From Paragordius varius (Eukaryota; Animalia; Nematomorpha), in contig OZ176056.1 in assembly GCA_964247055.1 (NCBI GenBank), forward strand, positions 7,502,001 through 7,566,000: a DNA stretch of 64,000 nucleotides, in the 5' to 3' direction. Numbering within the stretch: position 1 is the stretch's first letter; every line of letters starts with the position of its first letter. Below are positions 24,901 to 36,197 of the stretch, one piece after another. The notes below the pieces were generated by a model, which saw nothing but the letters and a program-made list of their open reading frames with translations, did not search any database and had not been told where the DNA came from. The translations under genes and the position numbers were made by a program.

Positions 24901-27900
24901 TAAAGTTTTAAAAATATGAAAAAAAATGCCTAAATTTGGAATATACATATTTCTAGATCTTTTATTATTAACATCATTTTATAAAATAGGTTGATTTATA
25001 AATGATAATTTAACTATATAACACATTAAAATTCACTGTACTTTTAACTTATAAAAATGGAAATTGTTTATTTATGATTTACCTATTTTACACTTTACAT
25101 TTTTAAATTAATTACCGTAAAAATTGATATTATACGGACCAAACTCAAAAATATAAAAACAAATAAATATTTTTACTCAAAGGACAACCATATTGGTTTA
25201 ACCTTGATTTATTCTACAAAGATTATATAGTTAAATAAATCGTAAAATACACATTGGATTGTGTTTTCAATTTAAACTCTATTCCATACTTTGCAATTTA
25301 AAAAAAATATATGGATTTAGAAAGTATGATTGTGAGTTTAGAATAAAAATTATTTGTCTTTATATTTTTACGTTTTTTTTCCGTTATAATAATTTCAATT
25401 TTGACCACATAATAGTATTATTTAATTGAAAAGTTATACCTTGTTCCATATCAATCAAAATTTGAGGAAGTTGTAGGTTTTGATTGGGTCCAGAAACAAT
25501 TGAATCTCCGACCTTATCTAAAATAAATTTTTAGCAATTATAAACTTTTTTCATCATTTAAATTATTTGGAGATACATTAATAAATTTAATCAAATTTCG
25601 TCAATCTTATACAAACAAAGCCAAAAAAACCATTAACATTTTAAACTAAATTTTTTGGTTAAAAATCAAACAATATTGATGATTAAATCATTATAAATAA
25701 AATCCCTATCGTAAGCTAGGGACCTTTGAGAAAAATACCGTTAAACAGTTTTAAGGTCAAAAAATGGAAAAATCGAAAATTTTTATTAAAAATCACTTAT
25801 AAAGCCGATAAAAAAACCAAAAAATATAATTATTTTTTAATAATTACGCTTTTTTTTCGAACAAATCACTCTAAGATCACAAAAACACAGATGAATAAGT
25901 TCAAAAAATTGAATGAAAACTAAAATTTCGATCTTATATAACCCTTTTTCTCAAAAATCACCCAAAAACAAAAAGTTAAGTAAGAACACCAAAAAAACAA
26001 TATTTCGTTTAAATAAACCTATTTTTCGTGTAAAATTACCGCAAAAAGTAGTTAATATAAGTAGAAAAAAAATGTATACAAAACAGTATAAAAAACTCAA
26101 AAAACCCATATTTTTGCTTTAATGACACGTAAAAATCCAGTAAAAACGTAATTAATAATTAAAAAACCCCAAAATACTGTGAAAAAACCAAAAAAAAGCA
26201 AACCCATATTTAGATTAAATGCCATATTGTTTCTTAACGTTAAATTTTGTTGTCCATTATTTTCACCCTTACCGACAATTAGAGGTAAAAAGGTTTCTTC
26301 ATTGTTTGAAAAATTTTCGCACAGATCTTCAGAGTCATCAGAACTTTGTTCATTGAATAAGCCATTAGATTCTGTAATTGGGGTTAGGGGAAGCCCCATA
26401 TTGTATCCACCAGCATTCTTATTTTGGGAGTTTTTATCGCCTCCCAATAATATTGTTGAGAAATCGGGTTGCATAAAACTATTGTTGGGTTTTTGCTAAC
26501 AAGCAAAAAAAAGGTAAATGTAAAATATATTTTTTGTTTAAGGGGAATTAATAATTTTTTAATCGATATACAGTATGCATTTTAATGTTTGCTTGTTTGA
26601 CACTATAGTAAGGTCAAATTGTAACACAGTACAGTAGTGTATGAAAAAAAGAAACGAAATAATTGTTTATTTAACATTTTGTAGTTTTTTTCCATACACT
26701 ACTGTGGTCAGTGTGAAATAAAAAACCATTAAAATACATACTGTATTTTACTTTTTTTTCGAACAAACCAAAATATGTTCTTCAATTTAATTATAATCGG
26801 ACTATAAAGGATTAAATGATTAAATCTACAAAGCAACTTCATTTAAAAAATACACTTATTTTCTACTTATTAAATTTTTGTTTTATCATTATTTATGTGA
26901 AAGATTTTGCAATGAAAAATTGATAGAACCAAATACAAAAGTAGTAATGGAAGAAATATTTAAATAAAGAAACAATTTGCTTAGATTCCTTGAATCGTCC
27001 AATTGTAAAAAAATTCAAATCAATTTATAGCTAAATTATGCCCAAACGATTAGTGTTATAGTATTAAAAAAATCAAATATCAAAAAAAATTTTTAGTTAT
27101 TTAGTTTTAGCGTTCTATCCTTGATAATTTAGTTTTTTATTATAATTAAATAACTGTTTTAACCTTAAAAACAACTTTGTAAAATCTTGTAATAATTTCA
27201 AAAAAACTAGAAAAATTGAAAACCAACCATATATGTATACACACATGCCGAAATTTAAAAAAAAATGTACAAATTGATAACACAAAACTTAAAATAATTT
27301 TAATTTTTATATTCCTATTTATGGCCAAATATATACTCGATTTCAAAAAATAAAAAATAAGTATTTATACCAAAAACAATTCATTAGATAAACGAACATT
27401 TGTCCCTACTCCATTATTGTTGAGATACGTTGTTCCTTGAGCATTTACTTGACCTTCAATGCTACAAAGCGAGTACTCACTATCATTTTCAAGGTCGGCC
27501 GGGTAGTTTAAACTTGTCCGTTCATTATTTCGAAAATTGTGTTGTTCTTTCAAAAAACTACAACTGCTATTTCGATGATTATTAAGATTGGATAAACGAC
27601 AACTTTGTTTTCTGGACTCATCTATTGACTTTTTTATAAAAAAAAAAGTAAAAATTTAAGGTTTATACGGACAAAACGTAAAAATATAAAAACAACCATA
27701 AATACTATTTAATACTTGATTGAATTTTTTCTTATAATATAAAGCGTTGTTTAATTTTTGCAAATTAGTGTAAACTAGAAATGCCACAATCAATTACATA
27801 TTTGACAATTGCAAATTAAATAATTTATAAGGGGGAAATTAAGGTATTAGAATAAGTGTGGTTATTTTACATATTTTTACGTGTCCATATCTAATCTTAC

Positions 27901-30311
27901 TGTGATAAAATTATTAAATATATGCCATTTACAAATTCAAATTTACCCTATAAATCAATTATAAATTTTCGGGCTAGTATAACTCGTCATTAATATGAAA
28001 TATATCTTTATGGCATAGTTTACTATTTGTATCAGTATTATTTAATTTTAAACAAAATTTCATAGTTTTTAGGATAAAAAATATAGGTATTCTTAAAAAA
28101 CATATAATTTTTTTAGTGTAAATTTGAATTGTTTAAGGGAGAATTCGAAGTGTAAATATATATATATATATATTAATATATAAGGTAAAATTACTAAAAT
28201 ATACTAAAATATCTTAAAAATTTATATGATAATTTTAATTTTATACATTATATTTGTCAGCGAAACCAATTTCTTGAGTAGCTAAACATATGTTTAAATC
28301 CTTCAAGTCGACTGAACTGAAATGTTCATCTATGAAATAAAGAATATGGAAATAATATATTTTAAAATAATTATTATAAATTACAGGTAAAAATGATTAA
28401 AATTTAATGAAATTATTATATTTTCATTGTATATCTTCAATCAATATTAATTTATTAAAAATTATTTAAATTCTTTAAAATGTGAAAATAAAAAAATCTA
28501 TAAAAAAAATTATGAAATATACTTATAATTTGATTCAAATGTTCATAACTATTCCCATCAGGCCCCATATTTGAATTTAATACATCTATATAAATATATA
28601 GGAATATTAAATTAATATATATCCGCAAAATAAAGAACAAAAAAATACCATTTTTATGCAGTAAAAATTGAAATTATACGGTCAAAACGTAAAATTATAA
28701 AGACAATTTTTTTTTCAAAATTTACAATTGTAAAATAAAATTGAACGTGTTAGATATCCCTATTTAACTCTTTGCCATTTTAAACACTGAGTTATATTTA
28801 AAAATATCAAGACTTAAAAAGTATGGGGTTGCCTTTAAGAAATAAAATTTTTTTACTGTATAATTAAACTTTGAATCTGAATGTGCTATAAAAATATATA
28901 TTATATTTCTTATTAACCTTATCGGGTAATTTATATAAAAATAAGTTATTATTTAATTATATAGTTGACATAATGAAAGTTGAAATTTTTTAGTTCTACA
29001 ATCGCGGCATTTTTACAAATATATATTTTATGGATAAGAATGTTAGATAATTAATTCAAAGATATTACTATTACTTTTCAATTCTTTAAAATTTTATTGC
29101 AAAAAACCTAATTTTCACGCACGTATAATATATATTTTATATTATGATGAGATATTAGTTATCATAATATATTCCTGAGAGTTAAATTGTAAAAAAAGTT
29201 AGCAATATTCAAAACCTTAAAATACAACAAATTTAAATTTAAAACTTAAAATCTCAAAAATTTTTCAAAAACTTTTAAAAATAAAAATCTAAAAGATTCA
29301 AAATATATAAAAACGTTTTTTTTCTAAACCATTAGTTGTATCCTCGTTTATTAGCTGTTGATCGTAATGGTTATCAAACGCAATTCCAAACATATCATTA
29401 GCTTTCATGGCAACATTGTATAACATTAGACCACTCGGGGACCCAGAATCAAAGCCCAAACAGATTCGATGGAATAAGGGATCAATCTATAATGTAAAAA
29501 AATAAAAATTACAGTAAAAAATGAAATTTTGACAAATAACATATTTTTTCGTTTTTTTTAAAAGTCAAACCCTTTACTGTTTTTTTTTTCAACCTTAAAT
29601 TTTATCCAATAAAAATCATTTCATTACTAAAATTAATTGAGGTGGGAATATATATAATGGATGATTGATCAATTTACATCTGCATTTTATACTTTGGAGG
29701 CTAAAATATAGAGTAATATTTTAAAAAATATAGGGCTTAAAAAGTATGGTTGTGTTTAGGAAAAAATGTTGGTCTTATTCTGTGATTTTTTTCGTATAAT
29801 TTCTATTTTTACTGTAAAATAAATACACTTTAAATAATAAATTATACAGTGATTTTGCTAATAGTCATCATAAATATGAAATATATTATGGCATAAATTT
29901 ATTATTTTTTGAGTATTATATTAATTTCAAACGAAATTTCATTTTGAAATTTTTTTTATAAAAAATAGATAATTTTTTATATATTCTGAAACTTATTATA
30001 TAGAGTGAATTTAAATTGTTCATGAGTATATTAAATATTTGTCTCACAAAAAATTTTTTTTGATATTCTGCTAAAAAATAATTTTAATAATATAATTAAT
30101 AAATGATTTTTAGTGTTCTTGTTAAATCAAGTTTTTTATTTCAAAAAAATATTGAAAAAAATTTATACCAAAAACCAATTTTATTAACTAATATAGCAAT
30201 CATAATGAATGCCTAATAATACTAAAAATGTAACTTATTTTATTTTATTTAGTATTTCACAATCTCAATAATAAAAAAATTTTTATGAAAAAAATAAAGG
30301 ATCAATATATA

Positions 30312-30346
<35 letters not shown>

Positions 30347-33300
30347 TTAAAGTAATAAATCTATCTACAAAAATTAAATATTTAAATTTTACTCTTAAAA
30401 TATACCATTTACTATAATTCACCCTTAAATATTTATTATGTTTTTTTAAGATTTACCTATGTTTTTTTTATATTTTTATGAATAAATTTTTGTTTAAAAT
30501 TAATATATTACTGAAAAAATAATAAACTATGCCATAAAAATTATATTTCTAGTGATAATGATGAGTTATATTAGCTGCCCGAAAAAAACATAATTTTTTT
30601 GGGGGGCAAATTTGAATTCTTGTTCAAGGGTGAATTTGAAGAGTAAATGGTATTATGTAATAAAAAAAAATTCAATAAATAAAATAAAAAGTATATACTT
30701 GTGGCACGTTATCAGGTTTTGTGCGTAAAAGATTTTTCACATTTTTTTCAATATTACATCCCACTGTACGGGCCTATGGATAGAATAAAAATATTCAAAA
30801 AATAAAAATTATTTATATAATTATAAAAAGTTTTCTGCATTGCAAAATATATGGAAGTTTTTTAGAAAAAAATCCAATTTAGATCAACCTTATTTTTTCA
30901 TTAAAAACTTAACACTTATTTTAAATTAATTGCTTTATATAAACATTATTCAATAGTCATTTTAAAAAATAATATATATATATATATCCCTTTATCTTTA
31001 ATATAAATTTATTAATTTTTTATAATTAGCTAATATTTAAATTTGGATTGAATATTGTATTAAAACATTTAATAAAAAAAATTTAAAATATAAGCAAATA
31101 TCAACATAAAATCCCAAATTTATTGATTAAAAATATTTGTTAATTAAACATTTAATTCTTTACATATTTTTCAATAAAGTTGTCGTTAATTAAATATTGA
31201 AGTTGAAACTGATTGAATATGTTTAATTTAAAAAGAAATAAGTTTTGATACGTGATAATAGGAAATTATAAAAAAAATATTTTTTTTTAAATTAATTTTA
31301 TTTATTCGAGTAATAAAAAATAATTATGGTTAATTACTTTTGTACGTTTAACTTTTTGAGGTAACAATTGCCCCTCAATTCCATCTTCTTGCATATCTTG
31401 GTTCATTTTTTGCCTTTCCTCTAAATATATATGTATTTAAAAAAAATGCAAATTAAAAAAACGAATTTATTCTTTCAAAAGACAACACACATACTTTTCA
31501 AACCTTAAAATAATCCTATTAAAATCACACTAAAAACAATCTTAAATAGGTATGTAAGGGTCAGGAGTTCAGATTCGGAGTTTTGTGGTAACAAAGTAAT
31601 TCCCGTTATAACTTAAGATCTTTACATTGTTCTGTGGAAAGGTTACGTTGATTCAAGTCCATTTTCATATTATCATTATAAGAAAAGAGTGGTCGCCCCT
31701 TTCTCCTTTTGTCATCAACATTAACAGTTTTTAAAGGGGTGGGGTGTGGCGTCTCTTCTTTGAATATGACAGTTAGAGGCGTAATCTATTAGTTTGGATG
31801 ATATAATAATCGATTTTATCGGTTTTTTTGAAATGAAAGTTGGTATTTCTGGTGTACGAAAGCAGCGTTTGAGTATTCGGCTATCACTAGTTAGGAGTTT
31901 TGTTTGATTAGTTAGGAGTTTTTTTATGACCATGTTTCGAAACCATAGGTAAGAACTGGTCTTATTCCTGCTTTGTAAAGATACCATTTATTACGATTGT
32001 TAACATTTTTGTTTTGGAAAACATATTTTAACTGATTATATTTTATCCAATCTTGTTGTATTCTGCCTTTTGTGGGCTTCCCTGAGATGAGACATCTCCT
32101 AGGTATACAAAAGAGTCTACCGATTCGATGTTATGTCCATCAATGTTAAATAGCTTTGGTCGATTAAAATTATTATTGCTTGGGTCTAAGCAATTTAAAC
32201 ATTTAAAATTTATTACATTTGTTAATTTGTCTCTAATGTTTAGAGCACACTTTTTGTGTACCCACATTTGACATGATATGCATTTAATCGAATTCGAACG
32301 TACTTACTTACTGCAAATGGAACAGGGGTATCTGGGTGACTTTCACTTTCACCCGTTATCATTATTTTTTGTTTTTGTGGCGTTTATGATCATTCCATAT
32401 TGTTCTAAGCATTTCTTCCACTTGGTATAGTTAGTTACCAGTTGATCCCATGATCGTGTTGTTATCACGAGATCGTCGACGAATAACATTTCCCAAGGGG
32501 GGCATTCAGTTCTTATGTCCTGCGTTGCCGCATCCATTATAGTTATAAAAAGGAGTGGGCTTAGGTCTGAACCCTGATGTAGTCCAGCGTTAGTTGGGAA
32601 GAATTTGCTTGTATTGCCGATATTGGTTTTTTGGTTTTTGTATTTTTGTAAAGATAAGATTTGTGTTTTTATTGTTCCTCTATTCCGTTTTTACGCAGTG
32701 CCCATTGTGAATTGTGGAGCGTGGTATTTAATCAAACGCACGTTCCAGATCTACAAAGACATGGTATAGCTTTTGTTTATTTTCCAGATATTTTTCTTGT
32801 TAACTATTGTGCTACTGTTTGGACGGAATGCAAACTGATTCGAATTTATGTTTATATGTTTTCTCAGCCTGTTTTTTATATAATTTCGATAATAGTGTAT
32901 GTTCCAGAAATTTCAGAGGTCTGTAGGACGATGTTTTTTGGTCGATCGCCATTATTTTTATAAATGGAAACAATAGCTGGGAGTTGGTTTGTAATTATTA
33001 TTTGGTTAAAAAGTTTTGTCAGATACTCTACAGTGTTTTTGATGAGTTGAATGAGGTCGACTTAAAGGCTGCTTGATTGGGCCTGGAGCTTTGTGGCTTT
33101 TTAATTTATTGATTGCAGTTGTGACTTCATCTATGGTAATTTCTTGTGTATGGGACCAGCTACGGGTGTAACCGTATTATAATGTTTGGTCGGATTTTTT
33201 TTGGTTGAGTTGTTTTTCTAAAAAATTTCTTTGACTTTCGAGGGATTTGTTATTATATTATCATTCACATCTTTAATACATTTTATGGTTTTATAACATT

Positions 33301-35959
33301 TTTATTATTATTATTAAGGTTTTTGAGTCTTTTAATAAACATGGCGTTTGGTATTTAAAATTTTTTTCCTAAACTTTCAATTTAAAAAAGAGTATGGGGT
33401 TGTCTTTTAGAAAAAAACATTTGTCTTTATATTTTCCCGTTTTGTCCGTTGTGGCAAATATTAGTAATAGTTACAAACATTCTCAGCCAAAACAATATAT
33501 TTAAGAAGCACCAGTCAGATTGAAAGGAGAGAGGGATTGAAAAACTTTGACGAATTCACATTCCTTATATCAAGGAAATGACAAGGGTCAAGGTTAATAA
33601 ATACTGTATCAACTTACGAACCTTAATCTGGTCTAAGCGAAACACTAAAAAAACGAATATTGGCCTATGATTTGATTAACAAAACTTCTTCTAGAGAAAC
33701 TTTCTTGTTGGTGATTTTAATTGCCATATTAGTAATGTGATAGTGCAATGATTACCATGGCATTCATGGGGGGGAGGACGGGTGAAAATCTCGATAAGAT
33801 AGGTGAGAGTTTACTAGAATTTTCGCGGAACAAACATGTTCCCCTAAAGCCCATATAAAGTTAGTTTTTGGTTATACTGTATGATCATTTTTTCTACTAC
33901 AAGTTTACTTACGAAATCGTAAAAAGCATTAAAATCTATTAAAAAGTTAGTTCATGCTTTCTATTGTGGAAAAACGATGTGGCTGGCTATTTTAATTTTG
34001 AAAATTGAAATGTGCAGGATCCAAAGGGTTAACTCCTTGTTACGGGGAAAAAAACGCTTAAAAGTTGATAAAAGTTGTTGAAATCAACTCATAACAATCT
34101 TAAAATATCTTGTTGTAATAATTAATTAAGTTACCAACACACATCTCCTCTCTTTTATACTTTGGAGTTTAAAACAAATGATTTATACCCATATATTTAA
34201 AAATCAATCAATTTTAAGAAAAAAATATTTGTCTATATATTATTACGTTTTGTCCTCCGTATAATATCAATTTTTACTGTATTTTCAAAATTTTAAAATA
34301 AAAATGCCGTAAATTTTGCGCAAATTATTATAAATTTTTTAAAAAGCGTTTTTAACATACTTTATACTGAAAAGTTTTGTTACAATTCAATTCTCAAAAA
34401 ACTATAAAATTTTTAAAGGTACTTATGCTATTTTTCTAAAAAATTATATATTTTGAAAAAAGTTTTATAAACAAGCATGCTTAAGTAGTGAAAATTGAAA
34501 AATAAATTATTTAAGTTTCAAAAATTTATACGTTAATAATTTTTACCTTTTTCTTTATTTATAATGAATCTTATAAAAAGTAACTGACAATTTCATAAAC
34601 ATTTGTATAAATTTAATAAAAAAGTGGAAAATTTTCAATTAAAACATTTCATAAGTTTATAAAAAAAAGTTTTTAAGTTATTAAAATTTTTTTTAAAAAA
34701 TAACCCGATTTTTGGCACAGTATGGAGAGCAACTTGAATGCCTCAGAATAATATCCATCAACACGATATGAATATATCTTAGTACTGGCATCAATGGTAT
34801 TGCTAGCTACCTATAAATATATTTATAAATTAAAAATGAAAAATATAAATTTAATTTAAAAAATGAATTATATATTTTTCATTCAGATTGATTTATTTTT
34901 TTTATGTAAAAATCTAAATTCAAAAGATGAAAAAAATGTAAAAACCAGAAAAATAGATATGGTTTTTAAATAGTCATCTATTAAAAATTTATATATATAA
35001 CCTATCGTTTCGTTCTGGATGCCAATATAAGGGTAAAAATAATATTTTACATTAGATAAAATTATTATAATTACAATTTATTTTAACCCTTAATTTTTTT
35101 TAAAAATAATTTAATAAATTATTAAAATTATAAAATATGTATTATATATTTTTTACATATCTTTTCCTTATTTCTCATAATCCAAATCAAGAGGTTATAT
35201 TTAATAGTTGAATGTAAGTTACATAATTTTTACCTGTTTATATATATTGTGTTATATTATCAAACTTTTTTTATTATTAATGGTAAAATTAAAAATTCTC
35301 TAAAAAGGTTTTTTTATAAATAATACAATCAAAATAAAAAACATTAATTTTTAATTATTATAATTTATGTTTCGGGTTTCTACGTAAGGTTTAGACATGT
35401 AAATTAAAGTCATATATTTAACAAATGTATTCAATAAGTTAGAATGTGGTCAGAAATCTAAGATGAATACAAAATATATATCTATTAATTTTTATGTTAT
35501 ATCTTTGATAAATTTGATTTAATGATAATAAAAAGAAGAAACCTGGAAATTGGTATCATTTTGGGATTGAGAGTGCACAATTTGAGACATATAATCAATC
35601 AGATGCAATTTATAAGCATTATTAACATTAACTTTCTAAAAAAATTAATAAAGAAAAATAACGTTTTCGGCGCATAATTTGATACATGTTGCATAATGTT
35701 CAGACATTTCTGTATTACTCATGGTAATTTTATTTGATTTTCTATTATCAATATACAATATATAATCTAACCTTTTGAGTTTAAGAATTCCTGATTCCTG
35801 CGCGCGTTGTAATTGATTAGTATGTCTTTCAATTTTTTCATTTTTATCGTCCGGCCCTTCATCAAAAAGAGATATTTCATTTGTTAAACCGTTTAATTTG
35901 CTTGATATACGTTTTGGTTTTCTTACATCATTCACAATATCTTCCCTTAAAATAACCAT
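14397..35959 (-). CDS. NCAPH: Condensin I kleisin (CAP-H/barren), ~1002 aa; exons 35663-35959, 35543-35635, 34705-34810, 31338-31420, 30699-30773, 29330-29486, 27371-27621, 26204-26495, 24819-24876, 24078-24259, 22135-22293, 20792-21060, 19373-19670, 18639-18932, 17955-17995 (tentative), 16361-16540, 14919-15020, 14397-14468
   Basis: EHYATCIKLCAEN|KVNVNNAYKLHLIDYM, VASNTIDASTKIYSYRVD, IDPLF, DMRALKRRLWELL and LLFLANEK match conserved CAP-H motifs; all junctions GT-AG and phase-consistent (CDS 3009 nt). Confidence 0.93.
15963..16237. mobile_element. Tc1/mariner-type MITE family R3 (CAGTAAAAATTG...TACGGACAAAACGTAAAAATATAAAGAC TIRs, TA TSD), representative copy
   Basis: TA|CAGTAAAA ... TTTTACTG|TA. 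Other full or partial copies near 17300, 19140, 21099, 22320, 23470, 25120, 27660, 28659-28858, 29512-29814, 33400, 34090, 38620, 43600/44200, 52310, 53100, 60060, 61010, 61560-61920. Confidence 0.85.
16578..17055. mobile_element. MITE family R2 (CCATTTGCACTTCAAG termini, 21-bp subterminal repeats AAGGACCAACTTGAAGTGTTC)
   Basis: TA-flanked inverted termini; further copies ~18018-18514 and ~19705-20251, remnant near 21530-21700. Confidence 0.8.
22661..23242 (+). mobile_element. Non-autonomous Helitron, short subfamily, in an NCAPH intron
   Basis: A|TTTATATATTTATAAAAATGG start (TC changed to TT); hairpin CTCGGGCTGCGTAGCACGAG then CTAG|T; homologous to 1174-1765. Confidence 0.85.
23847..24032. 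mobile_element. Near-palindromic foldback MITE family R4; sibling 26571-26743 (TA-flanked); related inner element 52918-53075
   Basis: Arms TATGCATTTTAATGATTGCTTATTTCACACTA...CAGTAGTGTATGGAAAAAA and their reverse complements. Confidence 0.75.
31590..33290 (-). mobile_element. Decayed RTE-clade (RTEX-like) LINE: RT, Cys/His finger insert and C-terminus
   Basis: EITIDEVTTAINKLKSHKAPGP, HQGSDLSPLLF, MLFVDDLV, WVHKKC...FKCLNC, IRPVLTYGFETW and KRRKGRP in broken frames; boundaries approximate. Confidence 0.85.
33500..33835 (+). mobile_element. LINE AP-endonuclease fragment, opposite orientation to the adjacent RT remnant
   Basis: VSTYEP, LVGDFNCHI, HGIHGG.G.GE and GESLLEF-like pieces with frameshifts. 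Confidence 0.6.
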
Positions 35960-36197
35960 TATTAATTATGCGAGTTTTGAAAAGTCCGCTTTGTTTTTAT
36001 GTATGTGTGAAAACTTGACTATAAAATAAAAAAGTTCAAATTTCAACAATAATTAGAATACTATAGGTTTTTGCAAACTACCAATATATAAGGCTTACAT
36101 TTTTGTTTTATATAATCTTTGCTAAAACTAATTTTAAGATTCCTGTGACAATTCTTTTAAAAAAAAATATTTTTAGAATATAGAATCGGCCAAACAT
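35960..36197. promoter_or_regulatory. Putative bidirectional promoter (238 bp between divergent ATGs)
   Basis: NCAPH ATG at 35959 (-) and orphan ATG at 36198 (+); TTTGAA (CHR-like) on both strands, but such hexamers are common in AT-rich DNA. Confidence 0.55.

Noticed and set aside
26179-26499. Plus-strand ORFs overlapping NCAPH exons or A-rich intron DNA (also 19586-19861, 25726-26122)
   Set aside because: Antisense shadows of real exons or low-complexity Lys-rich translations without splice or homology support.
31721-31987. Apparent Penelope/GIY-YIG linker fragment
   Set aside because: The flanking IRPVLTYGFETW and HIQRRD...KRRKGRP show it is the decayed RTE C-terminus.
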